A stretch of 64,000 nt of DNA from Candidatus Fraserbacteria bacterium. Its GTDB lineage: Bacteria > Bipolaricaulota > Bipolaricaulia > RBG-16-55-9 > DRXL01. Where the stretch lies: contig CAMTVK010000006.1 of the NCBI GenBank assembly GCA_947085185.1, forward strand, positions 34,839 through 98,838. Reading direction: 5' to 3'. A program made the translations under genes and the position numbers. Shown in pieces: positions 1 to 8,879 of this stretch; position 1 is the first letter of the stretch; every line of letters starts with the position of its first letter. Below the pieces are notes generated by a model. The model saw only the letters and a program-made list of their open reading frames with translations. It made no database searches and was not told where the DNA came from.

Positions 1-914
1 TTGAGCGCGCGCTGCTCGTAGTTGAGCCTTCCCAAGGTATCGGCGTCGCGATAGGGCTTTCTGAGCGCGGCGTTGCGTGCCCCAATCGAGCCGTCAGCGA
101 AGAATTTGATCGCGCCCAGTCTTAAAAATTCATCGCCAAAGCCGGTGCCCATCCCCAGGGCAATGAAGTGATTTAAATAGTGCACTTCGATGTTGAGGCG
201 CACACGAAGCTGAAGCCGATGGGCTTGATGCAAAGCGATATACGCTCGGACGTGTTCGGGTTTGGCGATGTCATGGATCGCCGTCACACCCAGCTTATGG
301 GCAAGTCTTATCCCGGCTAAGATCGCTTCGCCAATCTGCTCATGAGACGGCTGCAGTCTCTGCAAGAAATCCCAAGCGGTCTGCTCACGCAGCAGCCCAG
401 CAGCCTCGTCGAATTCGCCGGCACGGGGCGTCACCGAGATCTTTCGAAGAGCTACACTGTTGGCACAGAGCATATGCCCGCAGACGCGCACGAGCACCAC
501 CGGATGGTGGGGCGCGATCATATCCAAGTCCGCTCTCGTGATATAGCGTCGTTCGGGCCAGCAGGACTCGTCCCAGCCGCGCCCCAGCACCCAGTGATCG
601 CGTTCTGTCTGGGCGATCCGCGCACGCACAAGCTCGAGCGCTTCGCCCAGAGAGCGCGGTGCGCTTAAGTCCAGATAATATCCAGACTCCCTCAGCCCTA
701 CACTGACTAAGTGCATGTGCGCGTCGATAAACCCTGGGAGCACCGTCTTGCCGTGAAGGTCTTCGATGCGAGTCTGTGGTCCAGCGAACTTGCGGATCTC
801 TTCGGTGCGTCCGACGGCGACGATCTTGCCGTCGCGCACGGCGAGGGCTTGGGCGCGGCCCGATGAGCCCGTGTCAATATGCGCGTTGACCACGAGGAGA
901 TCTGCCCAAAGCAT
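1..914 (-). CDS. Amidohydrolase-family metal-dependent hydrolase (YtcJ-like), C-terminally truncated by window edge
   Basis: Minus-strand reading frame from ATG at 914 to window start translates to MLWADLLVVNAHIDTGSS...GFIDAHMHL...FFADGSIGARNAALRKPY, typical of amidohydrolase-3 proteins. Not in the ORF track because it runs off the edge. Confidence 0.7.
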   Translation of the reverse strand, partial: MLWADLLVVNAHIDTGSSGRAQALAVRDGKIVAVGRTEEIRKFAGPQTRIEDLHGKTVLPGFIDAHMHLVSVGLRESGYYLDLSAPRSLGEALELVRARIAQTERDHWVLGRGWDESCWPERRYITRADLDMIAPHHPVVLVRVCGHMLCANSVALRKISVTPRAGEFDEAAGLLREQTAWDFLQRLQPSHEQIGEAILAGIRLAHKLGVTAIHDIAKPEHVRAYIALHQAHRLQLRVRLNIEVHYLNHFIALGMGTGFGDEFLRLGAIKFFADGSIGARNAALRKPYRDADTLGRLNYEQRAL

Positions 915-1060
915 AAGAGATTTTATTATAGCTGGCGAGGCTTGGCTCGACAACTGTAGTGGCAATGGCTCAAGAGAGCCGGGCATCCCCTCAGGGGCAT
1001 GACTGTGGCAGAGTGCTCAGATTTGTCAAACGACATCTCTGGGCTTATACTAAAGACACG

Positions 1061-1630
1061 ATGACCCTGGCCAATATCGTTACCGCCGTGCGCTTGCTCT
1101 GTATCCCACTTGTGATAGCGCTCTTCTTTCGTGGGCCTCTGTGGCTCTTTTACACCGTGCTCTTGAGTGTGCTTGTGAGCGATCTTGTTGACGGGGCGCT
1201 GGCGCGCGCCCAGCGCCAGATCACTGAGTTGGGCAGGATCCTCGACCCTGTCGCTGATAAGGCGCTCTTTCTCAGTCTCTTTCTCGCTCTGGTCATCCGC
1301 GGGGATCTCTCTGTGGGGGTGCTTATAGCCTTCGCTATCTCCCAGGGGATTTTGATCTTCGGTGCCCTTTGGCTTCGCTGGAGGATGGCACGCTGGGTGA
1401 TCATCGAGGCGCGTCCGCTGGGCAAGGCCGCGTCTACTTTGCTCTCCCTGGGCTTAGTGATCACAGTGTTGGCCCCTCTGATCAATCCTGAGCACGGGGG
1501 TGTGCTGGGGCGCGCTCTCTTATATAGCGGTGTGGCCCTCTCCTACGGGGCGCTGCTCGACTATATTTTCGTGGTGCGGCTCCGCATACAGCGCGGCGAA
1601 CTCCGGCGGGAGCGGAGCCACCAGCTCTAA
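1061..1630 (+). CDS. CDP-alcohol phosphatidyltransferase (PgsA-like phospholipid synthase)
   Basis: ORF 959..1630; multi-TM protein with the DLVDGALAR...G...D...D CDP-OH phosphotransferase motif. ATG at 1061 preferred because MTLANIVTAVRL matches the usual N-terminus. The track's first M is a GTG at 959. Confidence 0.7.
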   Translation: MTLANIVTAVRLLCIPLVIALFFRGPLWLFYTVLLSVLVSDLVDGALARAQRQITELGRILDPVADKALFLSLFLALVIRGDLSVGVLIAFAISQGILIFGALWLRWRMARWVIIEARPLGKAASTLLSLGLVITVLAPLINPEHGGVLGRALLYSGVALSYGALLDYIFVVRLRIQRGELRRERSHQL

Positions 1631-2491
1631 GGGCTCCTGGGTCACCGGGTGCGCGAGCCTCATCTGCCACGCATGGAGCATCAGGCGCTCCCAGCGCGTC
1701 TTCGATGTCCCGTACAGCTCATCGCCCATGACGGCATGGCCGATGGCCTTGAAGTGTGCCCGAATCTGATGGGTCCTCCCGGTGAGCGGGCGCACCAAGA
1801 GGAGCGTCGTCTGAGAGAATCTCTTTAGAACGCGAAACTCTGTGATAGCCGGCTTGCCTGTGGGGAGGATTTTCATGCGGCGACGCTGGGCGGGATCGCG
1901 CCCGATGGGGCCTTCGATCCGCCCCTCATCTTCTTGGATCTGACCCCACACGAGCGCCAGATAGAGCTTTTCGATCTCTCGGTTCTTGAACTGTTCGATC
2001 AACTTCAGATACGCCGCGTCGCTTTTGGCTACGATGAGAACCCCGCTCGTCCCCTCGTCCAACCGGTGGACGATCCCCGGTCGCCGCGGGGCTCCAAAGC
2101 TCGCGAGGGTGCAGTGACTGAGCAATTGATTGACGACGGTGCCGCGCGGGTGTCCCGCCGCGGGGTAGACGACCATCCCCGAGGGCTTATCAACAGCAAT
2201 AAGGTGCTCGTCCTCGTAGAGCACCTTAAGCGTGAACGGCTCAGGTTCTTCTGAGATATCTGAGGCTCTGTCGGGGAGTTCTATCTCGATGACGTCGCCT
2301 TGGCGCACGCGCAGGCCGGCCCGCGCCATGTGCTCGTTGAGCAAGACCGCGCCCGCCCGGATGAGCGCTTGCAGGCGCGAGCGCGTCAGGGTGGGATCGT
2401 TCAGCTTCTGCAGTAGCCAGAGATCGAGCCGAGTGCCGTCCTCATCGGCGGACACGCGAAAGATCAGTCGCACGGGTCTCTCCTGCTCCAT
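1520..2491 (-). CDS. rluD: RluA-family 23S rRNA pseudouridine synthase (RluD-like) with N-terminal S4 domain
   Basis: ORF 1520..2524. HRLDEGTSGVLIVAKS catalytic motif, PLTGRTHQIRAH motif, S4-like N-terminus. Start may be 2524 or 2491. Convergent ~110 nt overlap with the 3' end of the upstream CDS. Confidence 0.8.
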   Translation of the reverse strand: MEQERPVRLIFRVSADEDGTRLDLWLLQKLNDPTLTRSRLQALIRAGAVLLNEHMARAGLRVRQGDVIEIELPDRASDISEEPEPFTLKVLYEDEHLIAVDKPSGMVVYPAAGHPRGTVVNQLLSHCTLASFGAPRRPGIVHRLDEGTSGVLIVAKSDAAYLKLIEQFKNREIEKLYLALVWGQIQEDEGRIEGPIGRDPAQRRRMKILPTGKPAITEFRVLKRFSQTTLLLVRPLTGRTHQIRAHFKAIGHAVMGDELYGTSKTRWERLMLHAWQMRLAHPVTQEPLELVAPLPPEFAALYAEPHHENIVEQRPVGEGHTAI

Positions 2492-2534
2492 TGCGCTGCG
2501 CAAGCCTTGCGAGTATAATAACATTGATATTGTA

Positions 2535-2996
2535 ATGATTTCTCCGTTAGAAGTCGAGATCCAGAATGAGGCGGAACGTATTGCCCGGGCCCACGGGGTG
2601 GAACTCTATTGGCTTGAAGTGCGAGCCTCGGGGCCGCGCTGGCAGGTTGTGATCTATATTGACCGAGCCGGAGGAGTGACGATCGACGATTGTGAGCGGG
2701 TGAGCCGCGCCCTGGAGGAGCCGTTGGATGCCTTGATTGACCATAGCTACGAGCTAGAAGTCTCTTCCCCGGGGATAGATCGGCCGCTGCACACCCGCGC
2801 TCACTATTACAAAGCCCTGGGCAAGCCCGTAGAGCTGCGCCTGCGACAGCCGTGCCATGGCCAAAAAGTCCTGCAAGGGAAGCTGCATGGCCTCATAGGA
2901 AACACGATCTTTCTCTCAGATGTCCACGGCCAGACGGTGCAGCTCTCTCTCGATGAGGTGCAATCGGCCCAGGTGATCGAGAGCCGGTTTCTCTGA
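2535..2996 (+). CDS. rimP: Ribosome maturation factor RimP
   Basis: Internal ATG of ORF 2232..2996 gives MISPLEVEIQNEAERIARAHGVELYWLEV..., a typical RimP of ~150 aa immediately upstream of nusA. The upstream part of the track ORF is Ser/Arg-rich read-through and is not credible. Confidence 0.8.
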   Translation: MISPLEVEIQNEAERIARAHGVELYWLEVRASGPRWQVVIYIDRAGGVTIDDCERVSRALEEPLDALIDHSYELEVSSPGIDRPLHTRAHYYKALGKPVELRLRQPCHGQKVLQGKLHGLIGNTIFLSDVHGQTVQLSLDEVQSAQVIESRFL

Positions 2997-3019
2997 GTGC
3001 AGGAGCGTGACGATCTCCT

Positions 3020-3994
3020 ATGAATATCGAGTTTCTTGAGGCGTTAGAAGAGATGGCCAAGGAAGAGGGCATCGAGCGCGAAGACCTCTACGAGGCCGTC
3101 AAGAAGGGCCTCAGAGTCGCCTATATCGAAGAATTTGGCCCGGCCACCAATCTCCGGATCGAGATTGACCGCACCTCAGGGGATATTCACTTAGTTGTGG
3201 ACGGCGAGGCAAAAGATATTAAGCTCACGGATTTTGGGCGCATCGCCACGCGCAAGGCCGAGGAGACCATCAAGAACGAGATCATCGCCAAGCGCCGCCA
3301 GAAGATATTAGAGCGCTATCAGAGCCGGGTGGGACAGATCATCAGTGGGCATGTCCATCGCTTTGTCGGGGCTGATGTGTGGATCAATCTTGGGCAAGCC
3401 GAGGCGCTCCTGCCCGAATCTGAGAGAATCCCCGGAGAGCGCTATCGTGTGGGCATGGTGCTCAAAGCGTATCTGATGCGTGTCGAGCGCACTCATGGTG
3501 ATCCCAAGATCATTGTGTCGCGTGCTGCCAAGGAGTTCGTGCACAAGCTGTTAGAGCTGCAGGTGCCGGAGATCGAGCAGGGGCTGCTGCGCATCGAGGC
3601 GATCGCGCGTGAGCCGGGGGTGCGCACCAAAGTCGCCGTGCGCTCGCTCACGGCGGAGCTGGACCCCGTCGGCACGTGCGTTGGTGCTGGGGGCAGCCGC
3701 ATCAAAGAGATCGTGCGAGAGCTGGGTGGGGAAAAGATTGATATTATTCGGTGGAGTTCGGATGTGCGCGAACTCATCAAAAACGGGCTGGAGCCCGCAA
3801 CCGTGCTCCAGATCGAGCTGGACGAAGCGCACAAAGAGGCTCGTGTGCTCGTCCCCGCTTCGGAGTTGTCGCTGGCCATCGGCAAGGGTGGCCAGAACGT
3901 GCGCCTCACTGCGAAGCTCACCGGCTATAAGATTGACGTCACCAGCCCAGAAGAACCGAAAAAGAGTGGTGCAGAGCCAGCTTCCCCATCGTGA
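3020..3994 (+). CDS. nusA: Transcription termination/antitermination factor NusA (short form without C-terminal AR domains)
   Basis: N-terminal RNAP-binding domain, S1 domain and two KH domains (GxxG: IGKGGQNVRL). Conserved rimP-nusA order. Confidence 0.9.
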   Translation: MNIEFLEALEEMAKEEGIEREDLYEAVKKGLRVAYIEEFGPATNLRIEIDRTSGDIHLVVDGEAKDIKLTDFGRIATRKAEETIKNEIIAKRRQKILERYQSRVGQIISGHVHRFVGADVWINLGQAEALLPESERIPGERYRVGMVLKAYLMRVERTHGDPKIIVSRAAKEFVHKLLELQVPEIEQGLLRIEAIAREPGVRTKVAVRSLTAELDPVGTCVGAGGSRIKEIVRELGGEKIDIIRWSSDVRELIKNGLEPATVLQIELDEAHKEARVLVPASELSLAIGKGGQNVRLTAKLTGYKIDVTSPEEPKKSGAEPASPS

Positions 3995-4000
3995 CCGATC

Positions 4001-6832
4001 ATGCGTGCTGCGCTGTTACACGGGATCTATCGGCTGGTACGCCGACGGGCCTGGCTGGTGCTGCTGAGCGCGGCCCTCCTCAGCAGCGCTGCGCTCTTCT
4101 ATATTCGCGACCTGCCCATGCGCAGCTCATTCTTAGATATCGTGCCCCCAGGCGATGCGATCCTCACCAAGTTTCAAGAGCGCGAAGAGATCATCACAAA
4201 AAACGACGCTATTGATATTATCTTGTCGCTCCAAGACCCAGAACACTCCCCTCGAGATGCCGAACGCCTTCGGGTGGCTGCAGAGTATATCGCGCAGCAG
4301 CTCGCTCAGATTCCGGAGATCGTCTCGGTCAGCTTCACCAAAGATATTCAGACTCGGCGCGGCGACGAGCTGCTCTCGCTGCGCGACGAGATCTTTGTGA
4401 AGCTGCGGGAGTACCAAGAGCGCCTGCGCGGCGTTCTGCCTGCGTCAGGGGCCACATCCCCAGCGACGGCCGTGCCGGGGGTGCAAGATCTCATCCGTCT
4501 CTATGCCCAGATCAACACGGAGCTGGAGCGCATCTTCGGCGCGGAGCTGGACTGGCGACGCCTCGCCCTCAACCCCCTGGAGCTGGTCAAACGCTTCGAA
4601 GAACTCAAAAGACTCAACCAAAGCGTCAAAGAAGAGTTCGATCGCGTCCCAGGGGTCATCCAGAATGCCGATCACTTGGTGGCCGACTTGCTCCAAACCG
4701 TGAACGAAATCCATGAGACGATCACGAAGCTCTTGACCTGGCCGCAAGAGCTCTATCTCTCTCAAGACGGGACGCGCTTGCTCCTCAAGGCGCGCCCGCG
4801 CTCCAGCTCCCAGCGCAGCTTAGAGTACAACCGCGCCGTCACTCGCGCCGTGCAGGAGACCCTGCAATCGCTGAAGCTCGACGCCCAGGGGATCAGCTGG
4901 GGCCTCACCGGCCCCTACGTGATCGCCGCGGAGACCAACCATCAGTTGAACGTGGACATGCGCAACACTACTCTTATTTCGGCGATCGGCGTCATGGTCG
5001 TCATCATCGTCACGCTGCGGCAGTTTTTCTATTCCATCTTAGCGTTGATTGTGCTCTTCCTTGCGCTCATCGCCACGCTCGCTTGGGCGAAGTTCGTCAC
5101 CAATGGGCTGAACTTGGTGACGTCATTTCTCCCCCCGCTGATCTTGGGGCTGGGGATAGACTACGGGATCAATTTTATCGCGCATTTTCTTCATGAGCGT
5201 CGCTGCGGGCGTCGGTTCGAAGCGGCTATCCAATCTGCGATCGTGCACAAGGGCAGCGCGCTGATCACAGCGTCGTTGGCGACGGCGTGCGTGCTCTTCG
5301 GGCTGATGATCTCCAGCTCTCCGGGGCTGTACGAGATGGGGATCATCGCTGGGGTTGGGGTTCTGTTAGCTCTGTCTGCCACGTTGCTCATCCTGCCCGC
5401 GTTGATGATCGTCTCGCACATTATGCTGCGGCGGCGTGTGCGGGCGCGCGCTCAAGGGGCGCCGTCGCCTCCCCAGCGCCCTTCAGAATCTGAACATTTC
5501 TGGCGCTTGGCCCGTTGGCCCATCGTGTTCGTGACTCTTGGGGGCAGTCTCTTTATGTTCACCCAAGCTGTGCACGTGGGGTTTCGCTTCGCCGATGAGG
5601 AGCTGACCCCGAAAGACTTGCCGTCAAGACTCGTGCAGCAGATCGCGCGGCGCGACTTCGATATGGGGACTTCGGGCTTGGCTGAGTATTTCTTGTTCTT
5701 CGTGCCAAACTTGGAAGAGCTGCGCCGGGTCAACGACGGTCTCGCGAAGCTGAAGGCGCAAGGGTACATTAATGCTGTGGCTTCTCTTGTGATGTTTCTG
5801 CCCTCTGATCCTCAAGAAGCTGAGCAGTTCTTTCAGGGGGTTTCGCTCAGCTTAGAGCAAGACCTGCAGCGCGCGCGTTCTGAGATTGAGCGCCAAGGCC
5901 AAGAACTGCAGCGCCTCCAAGACCTGACGGCCCAGATCGCTCGGCTCAAGAGCAACTTCACGCGCATCCTTGACTTAGTAGCCCTCACGGGCACAGGGGA
6001 GAACATCGCTCCGGACATCCAAGCGCAGATCGCCCAGCTTGAGGGGATCGAAGCGAGCATCCAAGGGTTGGAAGCGACCAGCCAACGCTTGGGAGAGTTG
6101 CGCGATCGTCTCACCAAGCTGAACGAACGAGTGAGCGCGCTGCTCCAGAAGATCGCAGAGCTCCAGCAAGTCCAAGGGGTGCTCCAAGCTTTACCCAAAG
6201 ATCTTCAAGAGCGCTTCGTCACAGCAGAGCGCGAGTTCGTGCTCTACGCCCACCTGAAGCGCACCACGATCAATGATCCCAAAATATACAGTGAGTTTAT
6301 CAATGCTGTACGGACGTTCAACGCCGATTTTCTCGGCTACTCCATGATCCAAGATCGCTTGGAGCGCTCGATGAAGCGTGACTTTCAAATCTCGACAGTG
6401 CTCGCTACTGCGATCATCCTTGGTATTCTCGGTGTGGGGTTGGGATGGCGTTGGGCGCTCGTGGGGGTTGTCCCGGTGGGATTGGGGTTCTTATGGATGC
6501 TGGGGATGATGCGGCTGTCCGGGCTCAACTTTAATTTCGCGAATATCATCATCTCGTCGTTGCTCATCGGCAACGGCGTTGATTACGCAGTCTATCTCTT
6601 GCACAGTTTCTTAGCGGACCGGCAGGTGGGGAGTGCTTGGAGAAAGACGGCAGCGCCCATTGTAGGCTCGGCGCTGACGACCATGGTCAGCTTCGGCAGT
6701 CTGCTCTTTGCGGCGACGCCAGGGCTGAGAGTTTTCGGACTGTCGGCGCTGTACGGCATCGGCTTTACTACATTGTTCACGCTCTTCTTTCTCCCCGCTG
6801 TGCTCTCTTTTTCTTGGCAAAGAGCGGATTGA
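4001..6832 (+). CDS. MMPL/RND-superfamily membrane transporter with large coiled-coil extramembrane insert
   Basis: 943 aa. One N-terminal TM, a large loop, a five-TM bundle (aa ~325-470), a second large loop with an extended coiled coil (aa ~560-760), and a second five-TM bundle (aa ~795-940). This is the 1+5/1+5 topology of RND/MMPL exporters. It sits where infB normally follows nusA. Confidence 0.65.
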   Translation: MRAALLHGIYRLVRRRAWLVLLSAALLSSAALFYIRDLPMRSSFLDIVPPGDAILTKFQEREEIITKNDAIDIILSLQDPEHSPRDAERLRVAAEYIAQQLAQIPEIVSVSFTKDIQTRRGDELLSLRDEIFVKLREYQERLRGVLPASGATSPATAVPGVQDLIRLYAQINTELERIFGAELDWRRLALNPLELVKRFEELKRLNQSVKEEFDRVPGVIQNADHLVADLLQTVNEIHETITKLLTWPQELYLSQDGTRLLLKARPRSSSQRSLEYNRAVTRAVQETLQSLKLDAQGISWGLTGPYVIAAETNHQLNVDMRNTTLISAIGVMVVIIVTLRQFFYSILALIVLFLALIATLAWAKFVTNGLNLVTSFLPPLILGLGIDYGINFIAHFLHERRCGRRFEAAIQSAIVHKGSALITASLATACVLFGLMISSSPGLYEMGIIAGVGVLLALSATLLILPALMIVSHIMLRRRVRARAQGAPSPPQRPSESEHFWRLARWPIVFVTLGGSLFMFTQAVHVGFRFADEELTPKDLPSRLVQQIARRDFDMGTSGLAEYFLFFVPNLEELRRVNDGLAKLKAQGYINAVASLVMFLPSDPQEAEQFFQGVSLSLEQDLQRARSEIERQGQELQRLQDLTAQIARLKSNFTRILDLVALTGTGENIAPDIQAQIAQLEGIEASIQGLEATSQRLGELRDRLTKLNERVSALLQKIAELQQVQGVLQALPKDLQERFVTAEREFVLYAHLKRTTINDPKIYSEFINAVRTFNADFLGYSMIQDRLERSMKRDFQISTVLATAIILGILGVGLGWRWALVGVVPVGLGFLWMLGMMRLSGLNFNFANIIISSLLIGNGVDYAVYLLHSFLADRQVGSAWRKTAAPIVGSALTTMVSFGSLLFAATPGLRVFGLSALYGIGFTTLFTLFFLPAVLSFSWQRAD

Positions 6833-7053
6833 TTGCCCTGGCGTTCCCAGCTATAATAATATGTGCTCTCGCGCGTGTCTGTGCTCTTCTCTTACGTATG
6901 GCAGGAGAGCAAGGCTGCGAGCGGGCGGAAGTGCCATGTGCATAGTGCGCATCTGGAGCTGCAAGCGTGTGGGAGGTCGGACGGGAGAGCTCTGGCTCGT
7001 CGTGCTCCTCGCGCTGTCTTTCTATTTCTACGGTGTGAAGAGGTGGCTCGCGT

Positions 7054-8601
7054 ATGACGATGGTGTTCGTGCTCGTGATAGGATTGACGCTGGGGTTGGG
7101 GATAATTGTGGGATGGCTGGTAGGGCGCTGGCAGGTGCAGCGCGAGTGGGCGCGCACGCACCAGCGCGCGGAAGAGCTTGTCGAAGCGGCGCAACGCGAG
7201 GCCGAAGCCCTCAAGGCGGCCAAGCTTGCCGAGGCCGAGAAGGCGCTCAAGGCCCGTGAGGAGGAGCTGGAACGGCGCATCAAGCGCCAAGAGGAGAAGC
7301 TCGAACGGCTGGAAGCGCGCCTGCTCAAAAAAGAAGAGCGCTTGGAACAGAAGGGCGTGGAGCTGGTGCGCGCGGAGAAATCGCTCAAGGACGACTTGCA
7401 ACGATTGGCAGAACTGATCACGCAAGGGGAGGCCCTGCTGGCCGGCGAGCGCAAGCGCTTAGAAGAGCTCTCCGGGATGAGTGCCGAGCACGTGAAAGAG
7501 CTGCTCGTGCAGCAGGTCGAGGAGGAAGCAGAGCAGTTCTTCGCCAAGCGCATCCGTCAAGTGAAGGAGCGTATGGAAGCGGAGGCCGAACGCGAGGCGC
7601 GCAAGATCATCGCGACGGTCATCCAACGCTATGCTGCCGATGAGGTCGAGTCCACGACGATGAGCCATGTCCCCTTGCCCAACGAGGAGTACAAAGGGCG
7701 TGTGATCGGCAAGGAAGGGAGGAATATCCGGGCGTTCGAGGCTCTCACGGGGGTCGAGGTCTTGGTGGATGATACCCCAGATGCGATCTCGCTCAGTTGC
7801 TTCCATCCGGTGCGTCGCGAGACGGCACGTCTGGCTATGGAAAAGCTCTTAGAAGACGGGCGGATTCACCCGGCTCAGATCAAAAAGCAGGTGGATAAAG
7901 CCAAGGAGCGCATCGCTCAGCGCATCAAAGAAGAGGGGCAGAAGGCGCTCTTTGAGATCGGTTTGGACGGGATGCACCCAGCGTTGGTCGAGCTGGTAGG
8001 GCGGTTGAGCTTCCGTACCAGCTATGGGCAGAACCAGCTGCGGCATAGTCTAGAGGTCGCGTATCTTGCGGGGGCTTTGGCTGCTGAATTGGGGTTGGAT
8101 GCGACTATGCAGAAGCTCGCCAAGCGCGCGGGGCTCCTGCACGATATCGGAAAAGTCGTCGATCATAAAGTAGAAGGCGCACACGCGCTGATCAGCGCGG
8201 AGATGGCGCGGCGCTACGGGGAACCCGAGGAGGTCGTCCATGCTATCGCAGCCCACAACGAAGACGTCGAGGCACGCACGATCTTAGCTGTGATCTTGCA
8301 AACGGCCGATGCGCTGTCGGCGGCCCGCCCCGGCGCTCGCCAAGAGACGTTTGAAGCGTACGTGCAGCGGCTCCAAGCGCTCGAAGAGATCTGTCATAGC
8401 TTCCCCGGTGTTGAGGAGGCCTATGCGATCCAAGCGGGCCGCGAAGTGCGCGTCATGGTCCGGCCTGAGGAGATCGATGACGACATGGCGGCCAAGCTCG
8501 CGTACGATATCGCCCGCTGTATCGAAGAGAAGATGCAATACCCCGGTGAGATCAAGGTCCACGTGATTCGGGAGACGAAGTTTGTCGAGACTGCAAAGTA
8601 G
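7054..8601 (+). CDS. rny: Ribonuclease Y
   Basis: N-terminal TM helix, long coiled coil, KH domain (GKEGRNIRAFE) and HD domain (HSLEVAYLAGALA...LLHDIGK), ~515 aa. Confidence 0.9.
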   Translation: MTMVFVLVIGLTLGLGIIVGWLVGRWQVQREWARTHQRAEELVEAAQREAEALKAAKLAEAEKALKAREEELERRIKRQEEKLERLEARLLKKEERLEQKGVELVRAEKSLKDDLQRLAELITQGEALLAGERKRLEELSGMSAEHVKELLVQQVEEEAEQFFAKRIRQVKERMEAEAEREARKIIATVIQRYAADEVESTTMSHVPLPNEEYKGRVIGKEGRNIRAFEALTGVEVLVDDTPDAISLSCFHPVRRETARLAMEKLLEDGRIHPAQIKKQVDKAKERIAQRIKEEGQKALFEIGLDGMHPALVELVGRLSFRTSYGQNQLRHSLEVAYLAGALAAELGLDATMQKLAKRAGLLHDIGKVVDHKVEGAHALISAEMARRYGEPEEVVHAIAAHNEDVEARTILAVILQTADALSAARPGARQETFEAYVQRLQALEEICHSFPGVEEAYAIQAGREVRVMVRPEEIDDDMAAKLAYDIARCIEEKMQYPGEIKVHVIRETKFVETAK

Positions 8602-8603
8602 AT

Positions 8604-8879
8604 ATGGCCAAGGCACGAGCGATCGTTCGCATCACAGGGGACGTGCAGGGTGTAGGGTTTCGGAATTTTACGGTGCGCAAGGCGCGGCCGCTGGGGCTCT
8701 CCGGGTATGTGCAGAATCTCCGGGACGGCAGTGTGCGCGCGGAGATCGAAGGCGAGCGCGACGCTATCGAAAAGCTCTTAGAGATTCTCAAGGCCGAAGG
8801 CCCAGGGCAGATCGAGCACATCGAGGTGATCTGGTCGGACTATCTCGATGAGTTCACCGGGTTTGGGATTCAGCTTTAG
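8604..8879 (+). CDS. acyP: Acylphosphatase
   Basis: 91 aa with the VxGxVQGVGFR signature. Confidence 0.85.
   Translation: MAKARAIVRITGDVQGVGFRNFTVRKARPLGLSGYVQNLRDGSVRAEIEGERDAIEKLLEILKAEGPGQIEHIEVIWSDYLDEFTGFGIQL

Noticed and set aside
1150-1485. 111-aa minus-strand ORF
   Set aside because: Embedded antisense within the CDP-alcohol phosphatidyltransferase gene. Arg/Ser-rich and not credible.
3493-3921. 142-aa minus-strand ORF (with others at 3551..3832 and 3609..4067)
   Set aside because: Antisense or out-of-frame overlaps within nusA. No motifs.
6777-7553. 258-aa minus-strand ORF
   Set aside because: Lies entirely antisense to the well-supported rny gene and its leader. Translation is Ser/Arg/Ala-rich low complexity, typical of a high-GC antisense frame.
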